Both the position numbers and the translations under genes were made by a program. This document shows, one piece after another, positions 1 to 11,919 of a DNA stretch of 64,000 bases (positions within the stretch are counted from its first letter, which is position 1; each line of letters begins with the position of its first letter). The notes beneath the pieces are model-generated. The model had not been told where the DNA came from, made no database searches, and saw only the letters and a program-made list of their open reading frames with translations. Source of the stretch: an uncultured Acidimicrobiia bacterium (GTDB taxonomy: Bacteria; Actinomycetota; Acidimicrobiia; IMCC26256; JAENVU01); NCBI GenBank assembly GCA_963765075.1, contig CAVXVA010000008.1, forward strand, positions 133,078 to 197,077. Direction: 5' to 3'.

Positions 1-1
1 C

Positions 2-682
2 CATGGCGAGATCGAGGTCGTCGGAAGAGTGGCGTGGTCTTCGAATGCCGCGCTGTTGGTGACCGTCGAACGCGACGATGTGCAGACGCTCGCGGTCTAC
101 AAGCCGGAGCAAGGCGAGCGGCCGTTGTGGGATTTCCCCGACGGCACCCTGTGCCGACGTGAGTATGCGTCGTACCGGCTCAGCGAGGCACTCGGCTGGA
201 ATCTGGTTCCCCCCACGGTGCTGCGCGACGGTCCGTTCGGCATCGGTTCGGTGCAGTGCTTCGTCGAACACGATCCCGACGAGCACTACTTCACGTTGCT
301 CGAAGACCACGTCGACGACTTCATGCGGTTCGCGGTGTTCGACGTTCTCGCCAACAACGCCGATCGCAAGGGCGGGCACTGCCTGCGCGAGCTCGAGACA
401 TCGCAGATCTTTGGCATCGATCACGGACTCACGTTCCATGTCGCGCCGAAGCTGCGCACCGTGATCTGGGATTTCGCCGGTGAGGTCGTGCCGCCCGCGT
501 TGCTCGCCGACGTCGAGCGGTTGTGTGTTGCGCTCGACGGTGCGCTCGGCGACGAGTTCGCCGGCCTGCTCCACCGGGTCGAGGTCGACGCGCTGCGTCG
601 CCGCATCGACGACCTCCTCGACGATCCCCGCCTCCCCGAACCCGACGAGGGCTACCACTCCGTCCCCTGGCCGATGATCTGA
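2..682 (+). CDS. SCO1664-family PI3/PI4-kinase-like protein, 5' end outside the window
   Basis: The frame of ORF 29..682 stays open upstream to nt 2 (HGEIEVVGR...), so the N-terminus is off-window. Motifs KPEQGERPLWDFPDGTL, NNADRKGGH and GIDHGLTFH match my recollection of this actinobacterial kinase-like family. Confidence 0.6.
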   Translation, partial: HGEIEVVGRVAWSSNAALLVTVERDDVQTLAVYKPEQGERPLWDFPDGTLCRREYASYRLSEALGWNLVPPTVLRDGPFGIGSVQCFVEHDPDEHYFTLLEDHVDDFMRFAVFDVLANNADRKGGHCLRELETSQIFGIDHGLTFHVAPKLRTVIWDFAGEVVPPALLADVERLCVALDGALGDEFAGLLHRVEVDALRRRIDDLLDDPRLPEPDEGYHSVPWPMI

Positions 683-756
683 GAACCCGCACCGAACGAC
701 CCCGTCGGAGCGGCGCGAGACCCACCCACCGGCACCGGTTGCCTCTTGGTGCGCCT

Positions 757-2415
757 TCAGACGCGTTCCAGGACGTTGTCGAGGTAGCGGGTGCGGCAGA
801 GGGTGCGTTGCAGCTTGCCGGATGACGTCTTGGGCAGCGTGCCGGGGTTGACGAGCACGACCTCGCCGGGTGGGATGCCGATCGCGTGGGTCACGCGTTC
901 GACGATGTCGGTGCGCACCGGGTCGGTGTTGTCGGTGCGAGTCTCGGCCACGACCACGATCGACTCTCGACCGCGGCGACCGGACGTCCCGAAGGCGATC
1001 ACGTTCCCCGCCCGCACACCCGTTGCCCGCGCCGCGGCGCGTTCCACATCTTCCGGGAACACGTTGCGACCGCCGACGATGATCACGTCCTTCCGGCGAC
1101 CGCAGATGACGACTTCGCCGTCGACGAGGTAGCCGAGGTCGCCGGTGCGCAACCAGCCGTCGGTGATCGTGGCCGAGGTGGCCTCGGGGTTCTTGAAGTA
1201 CCCGGGGGTGATCGAGTTCCCGCGGAGTTCGATCTCGCCGACTTCCCGTTCTCCACGCGCCGCGCCGGTGTCGGGATCGACGATCCGGAGTTCCAGGCCG
1301 TCGAGCACCTTCCCGAGTTTCGGAAGTCGCCGCGCGTTCGGGGCGTCGAGCGCTACCGGGGTCGCGACCTTGTCGGTCTCGAGCACCTGTCGGTCCACCG
1401 TGTCGACGGTGAGGCCACTGCCGGGCTCGGGGAAGCTGATGGCGAGCGTGGCCTCGGCCATGCCGTAGACGCAGAAGGGCACCGACGGGGCGAGCCCGAA
1501 CGGGGCGCCGGCTTCGAGGAAGGCTTCGACCGAGTCGGGGTCGATGGGTTCGGCGCCGTTGAGCGCGAGGCGCCACCGGGACAGGTCGAGATCGGTGGCG
1601 CGCCGCATCGCCCGCGCCGCGAGCGCGTAGGCGAAGTTGGGTCCACCGGTGAGCGTGCACTCGAACTCCGACATCCATTGCATCCACCGCAGTGGCGCGG
1701 CCAAGAAGTCTTGGGGCCCGGCGAGGACGAGATTCACGCCGTTGGTCATCGGGACACCGAGGAGACCGATCAAACCCATGTCGTGATACAGCGGCAGCCA
1801 GGACGCCACCCGATCGGTGGCCGGATCCAGCGCGGCGCCGACGGTGATCGCGTCCAGGTTGGCGGTCACGCAGCGATGGGGGAGCATGACCCCCTTGGGG
1901 TCGGACGTACTGCCGCTCGTGAACTGCAGGATGGCGAGCGAATCAGGGTCGATGACCGGCGCGACGTAGTCGGCGCCGGACCGACCGTGGAGATCTGCGA
2001 ATGGTGTGGTCGTGAGATCCGCGGGCACGAACTCGCTGAGCAGCGGATCGACGAGCACGAGGTCGATTTCGGCGTTCTCGATGCGTCGACGCGTGGAGTC
2101 GATGAACTCGTCCATCGAACCCAGCCGCATCGGGAGCGGCAACATCGCGACGGTCGCGCCCGCGAGCCACGTGGCCTGGATAGTGGTGACGAGATCGCGA
2201 GTCGTCGGGCCGAGGATGCCCACGGTCGATCCGGGCCCCGCGCCGCGTTCGGCGAGCGCGACAGCCATTGCTCGCGCGTCGTCGTGCAGCACCGACCACG
2301 GCACGACTTCGGACGTGTACCCGGGCCCATCGGTAGCCCCGGTGACGAAGGTGATCGTGGTGGATCGGGCCGCAGCCGCGGCGAGCCGGGGCAGAAGCGT
2401 GTCGTTGTCGGTCAT
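757..2415 (-). CDS. fatty-acyl-AMP ligase / acyl-CoA synthetase (AMP-binding superfamily)
   Basis: Listed ORF 757..2784 is over-extended at its 5' end (Arg/Ser-rich, overlaps nhaA). The first credible start is ATG 2415 (MTDNDTLLPRL). AMP-binding signatures FTSGSTSDPKGV, YGMAE, TGDLG, PKTSSGK. Confidence 0.85.
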   Translation of the reverse strand: MTDNDTLLPRLAAAAARSTTITFVTGATDGPGYTSEVVPWSVLHDDARAMAVALAERGAGPGSTVGILGPTTRDLVTTIQATWLAGATVAMLPLPMRLGSMDEFIDSTRRRIENAEIDLVLVDPLLSEFVPADLTTTPFADLHGRSGADYVAPVIDPDSLAILQFTSGSTSDPKGVMLPHRCVTANLDAITVGAALDPATDRVASWLPLYHDMGLIGLLGVPMTNGVNLVLAGPQDFLAAPLRWMQWMSEFECTLTGGPNFAYALAARAMRRATDLDLSRWRLALNGAEPIDPDSVEAFLEAGAPFGLAPSVPFCVYGMAEATLAISFPEPGSGLTVDTVDRQVLETDKVATPVALDAPNARRLPKLGKVLDGLELRIVDPDTGAARGEREVGEIELRGNSITPGYFKNPEATSATITDGWLRTGDLGYLVDGEVVICGRRKDVIIVGGRNVFPEDVERAAARATGVRAGNVIAFGTSGRRGRESIVVVAETRTDNTDPVRTDIVERVTHAIGIPPGEVVLVNPGTLPKTSSGKLQRTLCRTRYLDNVLERV

Positions 2416-2449
2416 CTGACCTGCTTGGACGGAGTGATGGTCCCAGAAG

Positions 2450-3613
2450 TTACGTGGGCGCGTCCGAATTCTGGGGGATCGTCCGAAGCATTCCCGCGGC
2501 CGCGATGGCGGCGACGATCGAGGTCGCGAGGATCGCGAGCTTGGCGATGTCGAGCGCGGTACCGGTGAAGGCCAGCGCGGCCACGAACAACGAGACTGTG
2601 AACCCGATGCCGCCGAGGAGTCCGATCGTGAGGATCTCGCGCGGTCCGACCCCGTCGGGCAGCCGCCCACCCAATCGGGTGGCGATGAAGACACCGGTGC
2701 CGATCCCGACGACCTTGCCCACGATGAGCCCGAGCGCGATGCCGAGCGCCAGGGAGCTGCGCTGCGCGTCGCGGATCCCATCACTCGAGATCACGATCCC
2801 GGCATTCGCCAGGGCGAAGAGCGGCAACACGACGAAGCTGCTCCACGGGTGGAGGGCGTGTTCGAGGTTGGCCAGCACCTCACGCCCGGAGCGGGTCTTC
2901 ACCGGCGTGAGGAATCCGAGTGCCACCCCGGCGATGGTGGCGTGGATCCCCGAACGCAACACCAGGAGCCAGAGGATCAATGCAGGGATCACGTACCACG
3001 CGGGGTGATCGGCGAAGCGCCGCAGGACGACGAACCCGCCGATGAGTGCGATCGCGCCGAGGAACGCCTCGACCGAGAATCCGTGGGAGTAGAAGATCGC
3101 GATCACGAGGATCGCGCCGAGGTCGTCGACGATCGCGAGGGTGAGCAACGTGAGCCCGACCCCACTCGGCGCCCGGCGGCCGAAGATGCCCAGGATGCCG
3201 ATGGCGAAGGCGATGTCGGTGGCCATCGGGATTCCCCAGCCGCCGCCGTAGTCGCTGCCCGCAGTGACGGCCAGGAAGATCAACGCGGGCACGATCATGC
3301 CGCCGATCGCCGCGGCGACCGGCACCGATGCCGTTCGCGGATCGCGGAGTTCACCGTCGACGACTTCCCGTTTGATCTCGAGGCCGACGACGAAGAAGAA
3401 GATCGCCATCAGGCCGTCGTTCACCCACTCCGACAGCGTCAAAGCGTGGTCGGGACCAGGGAGCGAGAGGTGGTGGCTCCAGGCCGTGGTGTACGAACCG
3501 GGCGAGAGGTTGGCCCAGAGCAGCGCCGCCGCAGTGGCGAGGACGAGGACGACACCGCCTGCGACTTCGGTGCGCAGGAACTCGCCGACTCGGCGGAACG
3601 GGATCATTGGCAC
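2450..3613 (-). CDS. nhaA: Na+/H+ antiporter NhaA
   Basis: Complete 387-aa polytopic ORF with NhaA-type motifs FFFVVGLEIKRE, PMATDIAFAIG, AIVDDLGAI. Confidence 0.9.
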   Translation of the reverse strand: MPMIPFRRVGEFLRTEVAGGVVLVLATAAALLWANLSPGSYTTAWSHHLSLPGPDHALTLSEWVNDGLMAIFFFVVGLEIKREVVDGELRDPRTASVPVAAAIGGMIVPALIFLAVTAGSDYGGGWGIPMATDIAFAIGILGIFGRRAPSGVGLTLLTLAIVDDLGAILVIAIFYSHGFSVEAFLGAIALIGGFVVLRRFADHPAWYVIPALILWLLVLRSGIHATIAGVALGFLTPVKTRSGREVLANLEHALHPWSSFVVLPLFALANAGIVISSDGIRDAQRSSLALGIALGLIVGKVVGIGTGVFIATRLGGRLPDGVGPREILTIGLLGGIGFTVSLFVAALAFTGTALDIAKLAILATSIVAAIAAAGMLRTIPQNSDAPT

Positions 3614-3715
3614 ACCATGCGTGAGACTCCGGGCGGGGTTCGGGGGTTGATGCCGACCAGACTTCCCGGCGCTCCGGACCCCAGCCTAGGTGACCGAGAC
3701 TCGCTCGGCCTCAGG

Positions 3716-4846
3716 TCACGGGATCAGGTGGGTGCGGGGAGCCGGCGGTGCGTCGACCGCGAACTCGGGCCACCGCTTGCGGCTCTTGGCCGCGAGCTTG
3801 TGCATCAGGGCGATGGCGCCCGGGTCGTCGTCGCCGGGCCGGGTCTCGATCCAGCCCTCGGCGATCATGCCGTCGATGATCTCGCGACCGATGTCGGTGC
3901 GCACGATGGTGAGGGTCCAGTCGTTGAACTTGCCGATCCCGCCCGTCGAGATGTCGGCGTGTTCCGCGGCGAAGTCGGGGCACGCCTTGCAGCCCTCGCG
4001 GGTCCAGGCGTGGCATTCCTTCAACGGGATCTCGTGGTAGTCGCCGTTGTTCATCCAGATCTGGAAGACGCCCTTGATGTTCATCTTCTTCATGTCGGCC
4101 TTCTTCAGGCCGTACTTCGCTTCGAACAGCTCTTCGAAGATCGCGTCGTCGAAGGTCTTCGAACACAACAGGCCGATGTTGAGTGAGAGCCGCCGCCCGA
4201 CCTTGCCGGCCTTGCGCTGCTTCATCACCTGGGGCACCGAGCTCTGGCAGCTCATGCCGACGAGCGCGATGCGCTCCGCACCACCCTCGATGGCCTCGGC
4301 GTAGGCCATGGTGTTCGCGGAGTACGTGTAGCGGGAGCCGGCCGACGCGATGATCTCCTCACGCGTCTTGGCCACCCCTGGGATCGCCTTCCAGGTGGAG
4401 CCATCGCCCTCGAGGTAGCTCACGAGCGCGGCGTCGATGATGTCCTTCTCCAGGCAGTACAGCAGGATCGCCGAGACCAGCCCGCCGTCCTGGCCGACTT
4501 CGTGGATATCTGGGTCAGCAGCTCGCGTGAGGAGAATGTCTTTGTAGATACCCGACACCTCCTCGGGGGTGCGGGCGCGGCCGAACATGAACTCGTCGAT
4601 CTCGGGCTCCCAGGCCCGGAACCGCGGGCACGCCCGGGTGCACGACGTGCAGCCCTTGTCGCCGTGGGAGCAGTCTGCCGGTCCGCCGTACTCCTCGAGT
4701 TGGAACGGCTTGTAGACCCCTTCGGTGTCCTGGTATCCGAGGACGTCGTGCGGGCACGCGATCACACACCCGGCGCATCCGGTGCAGAGCCCGGAGGTCA
4801 CGACTTCGTCGTACAGGTGCTTCCACTGAAACTTCTCTGGCGGCAT
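3716..4846 (-). CDS. FrhB/FdhB-family (coenzyme F420 hydrogenase/dehydrogenase beta-like) iron-sulfur protein
   Basis: 376-aa ORF. Cys clusters CTGCAGCVIACP and CSHGDKGCTSCTRACP, then an FrhB-like core (LVGMSCQ, CKACPDFAAEHADISTGG). Confidence 0.75.
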   Translation of the reverse strand: MPPEKFQWKHLYDEVVTSGLCTGCAGCVIACPHDVLGYQDTEGVYKPFQLEEYGGPADCSHGDKGCTSCTRACPRFRAWEPEIDEFMFGRARTPEEVSGIYKDILLTRAADPDIHEVGQDGGLVSAILLYCLEKDIIDAALVSYLEGDGSTWKAIPGVAKTREEIIASAGSRYTYSANTMAYAEAIEGGAERIALVGMSCQSSVPQVMKQRKAGKVGRRLSLNIGLLCSKTFDDAIFEELFEAKYGLKKADMKKMNIKGVFQIWMNNGDYHEIPLKECHAWTREGCKACPDFAAEHADISTGGIGKFNDWTLTIVRTDIGREIIDGMIAEGWIETRPGDDDPGAIALMHKLAAKSRKRWPEFAVDAPPAPRTHLIP

Positions 4847-4927
4847 GGTCGGAGTTTGTCATCGTGGCGCACCCGGCGTCGAAGACATTCGATCGGGTGT
4901 CGACGCCGGCGCCCGTAGTCTGGGCCG

Positions 4928-5866
4928 ATGGCCTTACCCCCGACCGGTCCGACCTGGGGTGCTCCGCCCCCTCCTCCGCCCCCTCCTCCTCCGCCGCCCA
5001 TGACGCCGGGCGGGGTTCTGCCCCCCTACCCGATGGCGTATGCGCAGCAACCGTTCCGCAGTCTGGGGGGCCTGGCGGTTGCGATGTACGTCTTGCTGCC
5101 GATCGCCGGTCTCTTGGCCCTGACCGCGATTCCGGTGTCACTCAACGCTCGATCGGTGGTGCACGATCACGCATCGGATGGAGTGGTGTTCGTGACTCCG
5201 TCGGTGAAGGACGCAACCGATGCGGTCGCGGGGGTTGTCGGGTTCAGCTTCCTCGTCGGTCTCGCGTTGGCGGTGTTGTTCATCATCTGGATGTGGCGGG
5301 CGGCATCGAACCTTCAGTTGTTCGGTCGCGTGAAGCCGAAGTTCGGCCCGGGGTTCGCGATCGGGGGGTGGTTCATCCCGCTGGCCAACCTGATCATTCC
5401 GGGCATGCACATGTTCGACATCGACAAGGGCTCCGGTCCTCCTCTGCGCCCCGGCGAGCGGGCACGGGGATCGGGCCTCGTGGTGGTGTGGTGGATCATG
5501 TTCATCGTCGGGCGGATGCTCGGGATGCTCGCACCGAGCTTCGAGGGTTTCCGCACCTACGACGTGTCGAACTTCGATGTGCAGAACGTGCTGCTCATCG
5601 TCGGTTCGGCGTTCACCGCAGTGGCGGCGGTCGCCGCGATTCTTGTGATCCGCCAGGTCACGGCGGCCCAGGAGGCGGGTCTGGCCGACCTTCAGACCGT
5701 AGGCGCGGCTCCCGCTCAGCCGGCACCGGTCGTTGCCTACCCACCGGTTACCTACCCACCGGTTGCCGGGTATCCGCCGGTCGCGCCTGCACCACCGGCG
5801 CCGCCGGTCGGTGGAGAGATCTGGCCCGGCCCCGCCGACCCGCCGGTGGGTTCAGACCCGGAGTAG
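4928..5866 (+). CDS. integral membrane protein, DUF4328-like, with Pro-rich termini
   Basis: 312-aa ORF with ATG start. It has 12 consecutive Pro codons (4964-4999), several hydrophobic helices, and a GGWFIPLANLIIP motif that I associate with DUF4328. Confidence 0.7.
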   Translation: MALPPTGPTWGAPPPPPPPPPPPPMTPGGVLPPYPMAYAQQPFRSLGGLAVAMYVLLPIAGLLALTAIPVSLNARSVVHDHASDGVVFVTPSVKDATDAVAGVVGFSFLVGLALAVLFIIWMWRAASNLQLFGRVKPKFGPGFAIGGWFIPLANLIIPGMHMFDIDKGSGPPLRPGERARGSGLVVVWWIMFIVGRMLGMLAPSFEGFRTYDVSNFDVQNVLLIVGSAFTAVAAVAAILVIRQVTAAQEAGLADLQTVGAAPAQPAPVVAYPPVTYPPVAGYPPVAPAPPAPPVGGEIWPGPADPPVGSDPE

Positions 5867-6127
5867 TCGCTCGACGGCGCCCAGCGCCTCGGTGATCTTC
5901 TCGTCGCTCTCACTGGCGGCGTGCGCCTCCATGACGCAGTGGCGGAGATGTTCGTCGAGCAGACCGAGGCCGACATTCTGCAGCGCCTTGGTGACCGACG
6001 CGATCTGGGTGAGCACGTCGATGCAGTACTGGTCCTCGTCGATCATGCGGGCCAGTCCTCGTACTTGTCCCTCGATGCGGGCGAGTCGTCGGCTGTAGTC
6101 GTCCTTGTGCAACGTGTATCCGCGCAT
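5852..6127 (-). CDS. csoR: CsoR-family copper-sensing transcriptional repressor
   Basis: 91 aa. RLARIEGQVRGL helix and C-x24-H-x3-C ligand pattern (YCIDV...HLRHC). Divergent from copA. Its 3' end overlaps the convergent DUF4328 gene by 15 nt. Confidence 0.85.
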   Translation of the reverse strand: MRGYTLHKDDYSRRLARIEGQVRGLARMIDEDQYCIDVLTQIASVTKALQNVGLGLLDEHLRHCVMEAHAASESDEKITEALGAVERLLRV

Positions 6128-6148
6128 CGAGTCTCCGCCTTGTGCGAG

Positions 6149-6176
6149 ATAGGGTAGGGGGGTATACTATCACCCT
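6149..6176. promoter_or_regulatory. candidate CsoR operator in the csoR-copA intergenic region
   Basis: G-tract flanked by TA-containing arms (atagggtaggggggtatactatcaccct) within the 67-nt divergent intergenic region. It resembles GC-rich CsoR boxes but is not a perfect palindrome. Confidence 0.3.
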
Positions 6177-6194
6177 CGAACGAGGAGGGCCACC

Positions 6195-8436
<2,242 letters not shown>

Positions 8437-8454
8437 CGGCGAACGCCCGGTCGG

Positions 8455-8940
8455 TCAGCCGAGCCAGTTCTCGATGAGGGCGATCTGAGCCATCGCGTTC
8501 TCTTCGAGGCCGCCGATGATCGCCCGTTCGACCTTGCCGCCGACGAGTGGCATCCGCACCTTGATCTCGCCGGTCAGCGTGCGCCGGGTGCCCGAGCTGG
8601 CGTCGACGATGGTCGAGCGATAGTGGCCCGCGAGAAGCCCGTCGTAGTGGTCGGGACGGATCTCACAGTCGGTCTCGTGGGTGGTGAGGTTGCACGTCGA
8701 TCGCTCGACCCAGGTCAACAAGTTCGGGTCGACGACCCGGGTGACGGCCCGAGAGAGTTCGGCCTGGAACAGATACCGCACGTCCTGCACCATGACGTCG
8801 TTGTCGCGCTGCTGCTCCAAAACCGTGGCCGCGCCGAGCTTGGGCAGCTCGGCCATGCGTACCAGGAATTCGGGATCGATCAGGGTGAGGTCGACGGCCT
8901 CGACGGTCGCGCGGATGTCCTGGACGATCTCGAAGTTCAT
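8455..8940 (-). CDS. small conserved hypothetical protein (SRPBCC/DUF2505-like guess)
   Basis: Only the last 161 codons of listed ORF 8455..10053 look coding (MNFEIVQDIR...). ATG 8940 overlaps the upstream NRAMP stop (ATGA). The family is guessed from length and pattern only. Confidence 0.5.
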   Translation of the reverse strand: MNFEIVQDIRATVEAVDLTLIDPEFLVRMAELPKLGAATVLEQQRDNDVMVQDVRYLFQAELSRAVTRVVDPNLLTWVERSTCNLTTHETDCEIRPDHYDGLLAGHYRSTIVDASSGTRRTLTGEIKVRMPLVGGKVERAIIGGLEENAMAQIALIENWLG

Positions 8941-10277
8941 GCGCTCAGAAGGTACGCAATGGGGAGGGCAACACTGAGGATGACCGTCCCGACCATGAGG
9001 GTCGACGACAGTCGGCCACTCGCTCGGTCTCCGAGCACCTCGGGATTCCGTGCCAATCGCCACATGACGAAGACCAATGGCGGCGCGGAGATGCCGTTGA
9101 GGATCGCGGCGTAGAAGAGGCTGCGGATCGGATTGAGTCCGAGCAGGTCGAGGGAGAGCCCGACGAACATCGATCCGAGGATCACCAGGTAGAACCCCCG
9201 TGCCTCTCGGAAGTGACGAGAGAGTCCCTCCGGCCGCCCGATGGCCTCGGCGATGGCGTAACCCGTCGATCCGGCGAGGACCGGGACGGCGAGCAGTCCG
9301 AGTCCGACGATCCCGACCGTGAAGAGCAACTGCGCGAACGATCCGGCGAGCGGTTCGAGGGCCCGAGCCGCCTGGTCGGCCGTCGAGATGGTGGTCGAGC
9401 CGTTGGTGTGCAACGTGAATGCCGTCGAGATCATGATGGCGCTGGCGACGACGACCGCCGAGGTCATCCCTCCGATCACGTCGACGCGCATCGCCGTGAG
9501 CTGATCGTCGGTGGGGGCGATGTGGGATTCCTCGGCGATCTCGCCGGTCTCCTCGATCTCCTCCGACGCCTGCCAGAAGAACAGGTACGGCGACACCGTG
9601 GTGCCGAAGATGGCGATGAGCGCGACGATCGCGCCGCGTCCACTCGGGAGGGAGAACGACAGGAAGCCGCGGGCGACTGCGCCCCAGTCGACGTCGATGG
9701 TGAACACGACGATGATGTACGCACCGAGCGAGAGCGCCAGCACCCGAAGCACCCGGCTGTAGCGGTGGTAGGCGACGAACAGTTCCAGCGCGCTGATCCC
9801 GACGGCCAACGCGATCGTGACGAGTGCCTGGGGTGCGTCGATTTCGAGCCGGATGGCGGCGGCCATCGAGGCCAGGTCGGCCGCGATGTTGAAGGTGTTC
9901 GCAATCGCAACGAGGATCACGCAGACCAGCAGGACCCGCCGACCGAGATGCCGCCGCACCAGCGTCGACAACCCCACTCCGCTCTGTAGCCCGAGGCGGG
10001 CCGCGGTTTCCTGGACGGTGGCGGCCATGACCCCCACCACCGGCATCGACCACAGCAGTGCGGTGCCGAAACTGGCACCGACCTGGGAATAGGTGCCGAT
10101 CCCGGACGGGTCGTCGTCGGCCGCGCCCGTGACCAGCCCCGGACCGAGCCGCCGGAAGTAGCCGCGGCCACGGAATCCGCCGGATCGGGTGGTGCCGGCC
10201 GCGTGCGAGTGGCCGAATCCGGTCTCATGCCCGCGGAGTCTCGCGTACCCTTCTGCACCCATGAAGATCACCGACAT
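8937..10277 (-). CDS. mntH: NRAMP-family divalent metal (Mn2+/Fe2+) transporter
   Basis: 446-aa polytopic ORF with the GPGLVTGAADDDPSGIGTYSQ signature. The start is ATG 10277 or 10262; both overlap the divergent metF start at 10261. Confidence 0.85.
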   Translation of the reverse strand: MSVIFMGAEGYARLRGHETGFGHSHAAGTTRSGGFRGRGYFRRLGPGLVTGAADDDPSGIGTYSQVGASFGTALLWSMPVVGVMAATVQETAARLGLQSGVGLSTLVRRHLGRRVLLVCVILVAIANTFNIAADLASMAAAIRLEIDAPQALVTIALAVGISALELFVAYHRYSRVLRVLALSLGAYIIVVFTIDVDWGAVARGFLSFSLPSGRGAIVALIAIFGTTVSPYLFFWQASEEIEETGEIAEESHIAPTDDQLTAMRVDVIGGMTSAVVVASAIMISTAFTLHTNGSTTISTADQAARALEPLAGSFAQLLFTVGIVGLGLLAVPVLAGSTGYAIAEAIGRPEGLSRHFREARGFYLVILGSMFVGLSLDLLGLNPIRSLFYAAILNGISAPPLVFVMWRLARNPEVLGDRASGRLSSTLMVGTVILSVALPIAYLLSA

Positions 10278-11134
10278 CCTCGCCGCCGGTCCCAGCTACA
10301 GCTTCGAGTTCTTCCCGCCGAAGACGCCGGCGGCCGCCGAGGCGCTGACGACGGCGCTCGCCGAGCTCGAACCGCTGGGCCCGTCGTTCGCGTCGGTCAC
10401 CTACGGCGCCGGTGGCGGGACCCGTGAGATGACCCACGACATCGTGACCGGGCTCCACCGCGACACGAACGTCGTGCCGATGGCGCACCTCACGTGTGTC
10501 TGTCACACGAAGGCTGGAGTTGGCCGACATCGCGACCCGTTATCGCGACGCCGGCATCGACAACATCCTGGCGCTCGGTGGCGATCCTCCGAAGGACTCC
10601 GACCTCCCACCGGGTGAGCTCGAACATGCCATCGAACTGGTTCGGTTGGTGCGCGAGGTCGGAGACTTCTCGATCGGCGTCGCCGCGTTCCCCGAACCGC
10701 ACCCGAAGTCTCCGGACCTCGCGTCGGATCGCAGTCGCACTGCGGAGAAGTTGGCCGAGGCCGACTTTGCCATTACGCAGTTCTTCTTCGACGCCGATCA
10801 CTACTTCCAGTTGGTCAGTGCACTGCATGACCTCGGCGTCGACAAGCCGGTGATCCCCGGGATCATGCCGGCGACCGCGATCAGCAGCATCAAGCGCATG
10901 ACCGAGCTGCAAGGCTCGGACTTCCCGGTCTGGCTCTCGGACAAGCTCCACGCCGTGGGTGACGACCCGGAGTCGGTGTTCGCGGTGGGCGTGGAGGAAG
11001 CGACCAAGTTGTCGCAGCAGTTGCTCGACGGCGGCGCGCCCGGCCTGCACTTCATCACCCTCAACCGTTCCCGCGCGACCCGAATGATCTACGAGAACCT
11101 CGGACTCACCCCGGCGCGACGCTCGATGACCTGA
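10261..11134 (+). pseudogene. metF: methylenetetrahydrofolate reductase with a 1-nt insertion (or a base-call error)
   Basis: ORF 10189..10617 reads MKITDILAAGPSYSFEFFPPKT...AHLTCVCHT and then junk. ORF 10496..11134 (frame +1) reads RLELADIATRYRDAGIDNILALGGDPP...LHFITLNR. The join is at acg-a-agg, about 10507-10512. Confidence 0.85.
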
Positions 11135-11172
11135 CGCGCACCGACCCGGACGAAGCTGTCCGGGTCGGTGGA

Positions 11173-11260
11173 TGGCGGAGGGGGTGGGATTTGAACCCAC
11201 GGTGAGTTTCCCCACAATGGTTTTCGAGACCATCCGATTCGGCCGCTCTCGCACCCCTCC
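11173..11260 (-). tRNA. tRNA-Ser (anticodon CGA), CCA encoded
   Basis: Reverse complement folds as acceptor GGAGGGG/CCCCTCC, anticodon arm ATGGT-CTCGAAA-ACCAT, a long variable arm, T arm GTGGG-TTCAAAT-CCCAC, and terminal GCCA. Confidence 0.9.
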
Positions 11261-11314
11261 TCGGCGTACCCCGGCCTGCCGGTGCACGAGCGGGTCAGTG
11301 TACTGAGCTGGCGG

Positions 11315-11818
11315 TCAGCCCCTGCGGCTGGAGAAGAACTCGGTGAGGAGCTGTGCCGATTCCTCGCCGCGCACGCCGTGCTGGACCGGACACTCGTGGT
11401 TGAGTCGCGGGTCGGCGAGGAGGTGGTAGCGACTGCCGACGGCGCCGGCCTTGAGGTCCGGGGCGCCGAACGCGACCGTCCCGATCCGGGTGTTGACGAG
11501 CGCTCCCGCGCACATTGCACAGGGCTCCAAGGTGACGATCAGCGCGTACTGGTCGAGGCGCCAACTCCCGACGGCCGCCGCCGCGTCGCGCAGCGCCAGG
11601 ATCTCCGCGTGCGCGGTGGGGTCCTGGGTGAGCTCGCGCTCGTTGTGACGGCGGGCGATCACCTCGCCGGTCTCGATCCGTGCCACCACCGCACCGACCG
11701 GCACGTCGTCGTGGTCCAGGGCCGCCCGCGCTTCGTCGAGGGCGATCCCCATCAGCTCGTCGACCCGGTCCGCCAGCACGACCGCAGAACCTACCGGCTC
11801 GCCCGGCTCCTTGGTCAC
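11315..11818 (-). CDS. tadA: tRNA adenosine(34) deaminase TadA
   Basis: C-terminal part of listed ORF 11315..12472. Deaminase motifs HAEILAL and TLEPCAMCAGAL. The start is GTG 11818 (preferred) or ATG 11752. Confidence 0.8.
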   Translation of the reverse strand: MTKEPGEPVGSAVVLADRVDELMGIALDEARAALDHDDVPVGAVVARIETGEVIARRHNERELTQDPTAHAEILALRDAAAAVGSWRLDQYALIVTLEPCAMCAGALVNTRIGTVAFGAPDLKAGAVGSRYHLLADPRLNHECPVQHGVRGEESAQLLTEFFSSRRG

Positions 11819-11919
11819 ACGCGGCAGCCCCTCCTCCACCGCGTTTGGGGTGTCACCGTCGCTTTCCGACGCTGTCACCCCAGACGCGGCGGCGGGGGTG
11901 CCCGGGAAGTGATCGCGAC

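Noticed and set aside
886-2568. 560-aa ORF on the plus strand opposite the acyl-AMP ligase gene
   Set aside because: Arg/Gly/Asp/His-rich composition with no motifs. This is a typical high-GC shadow ORF antisense to a gene with clear AMP-binding signatures.
8941-10053. N-terminal 370 codons of listed ORF 8455..10053
   Set aside because: They are out of frame with, and fully overlapping, the NRAMP transporter gene, and the composition is Arg/Gly/His junk. Only the last 161 codons (from ATG 8940) are retained.
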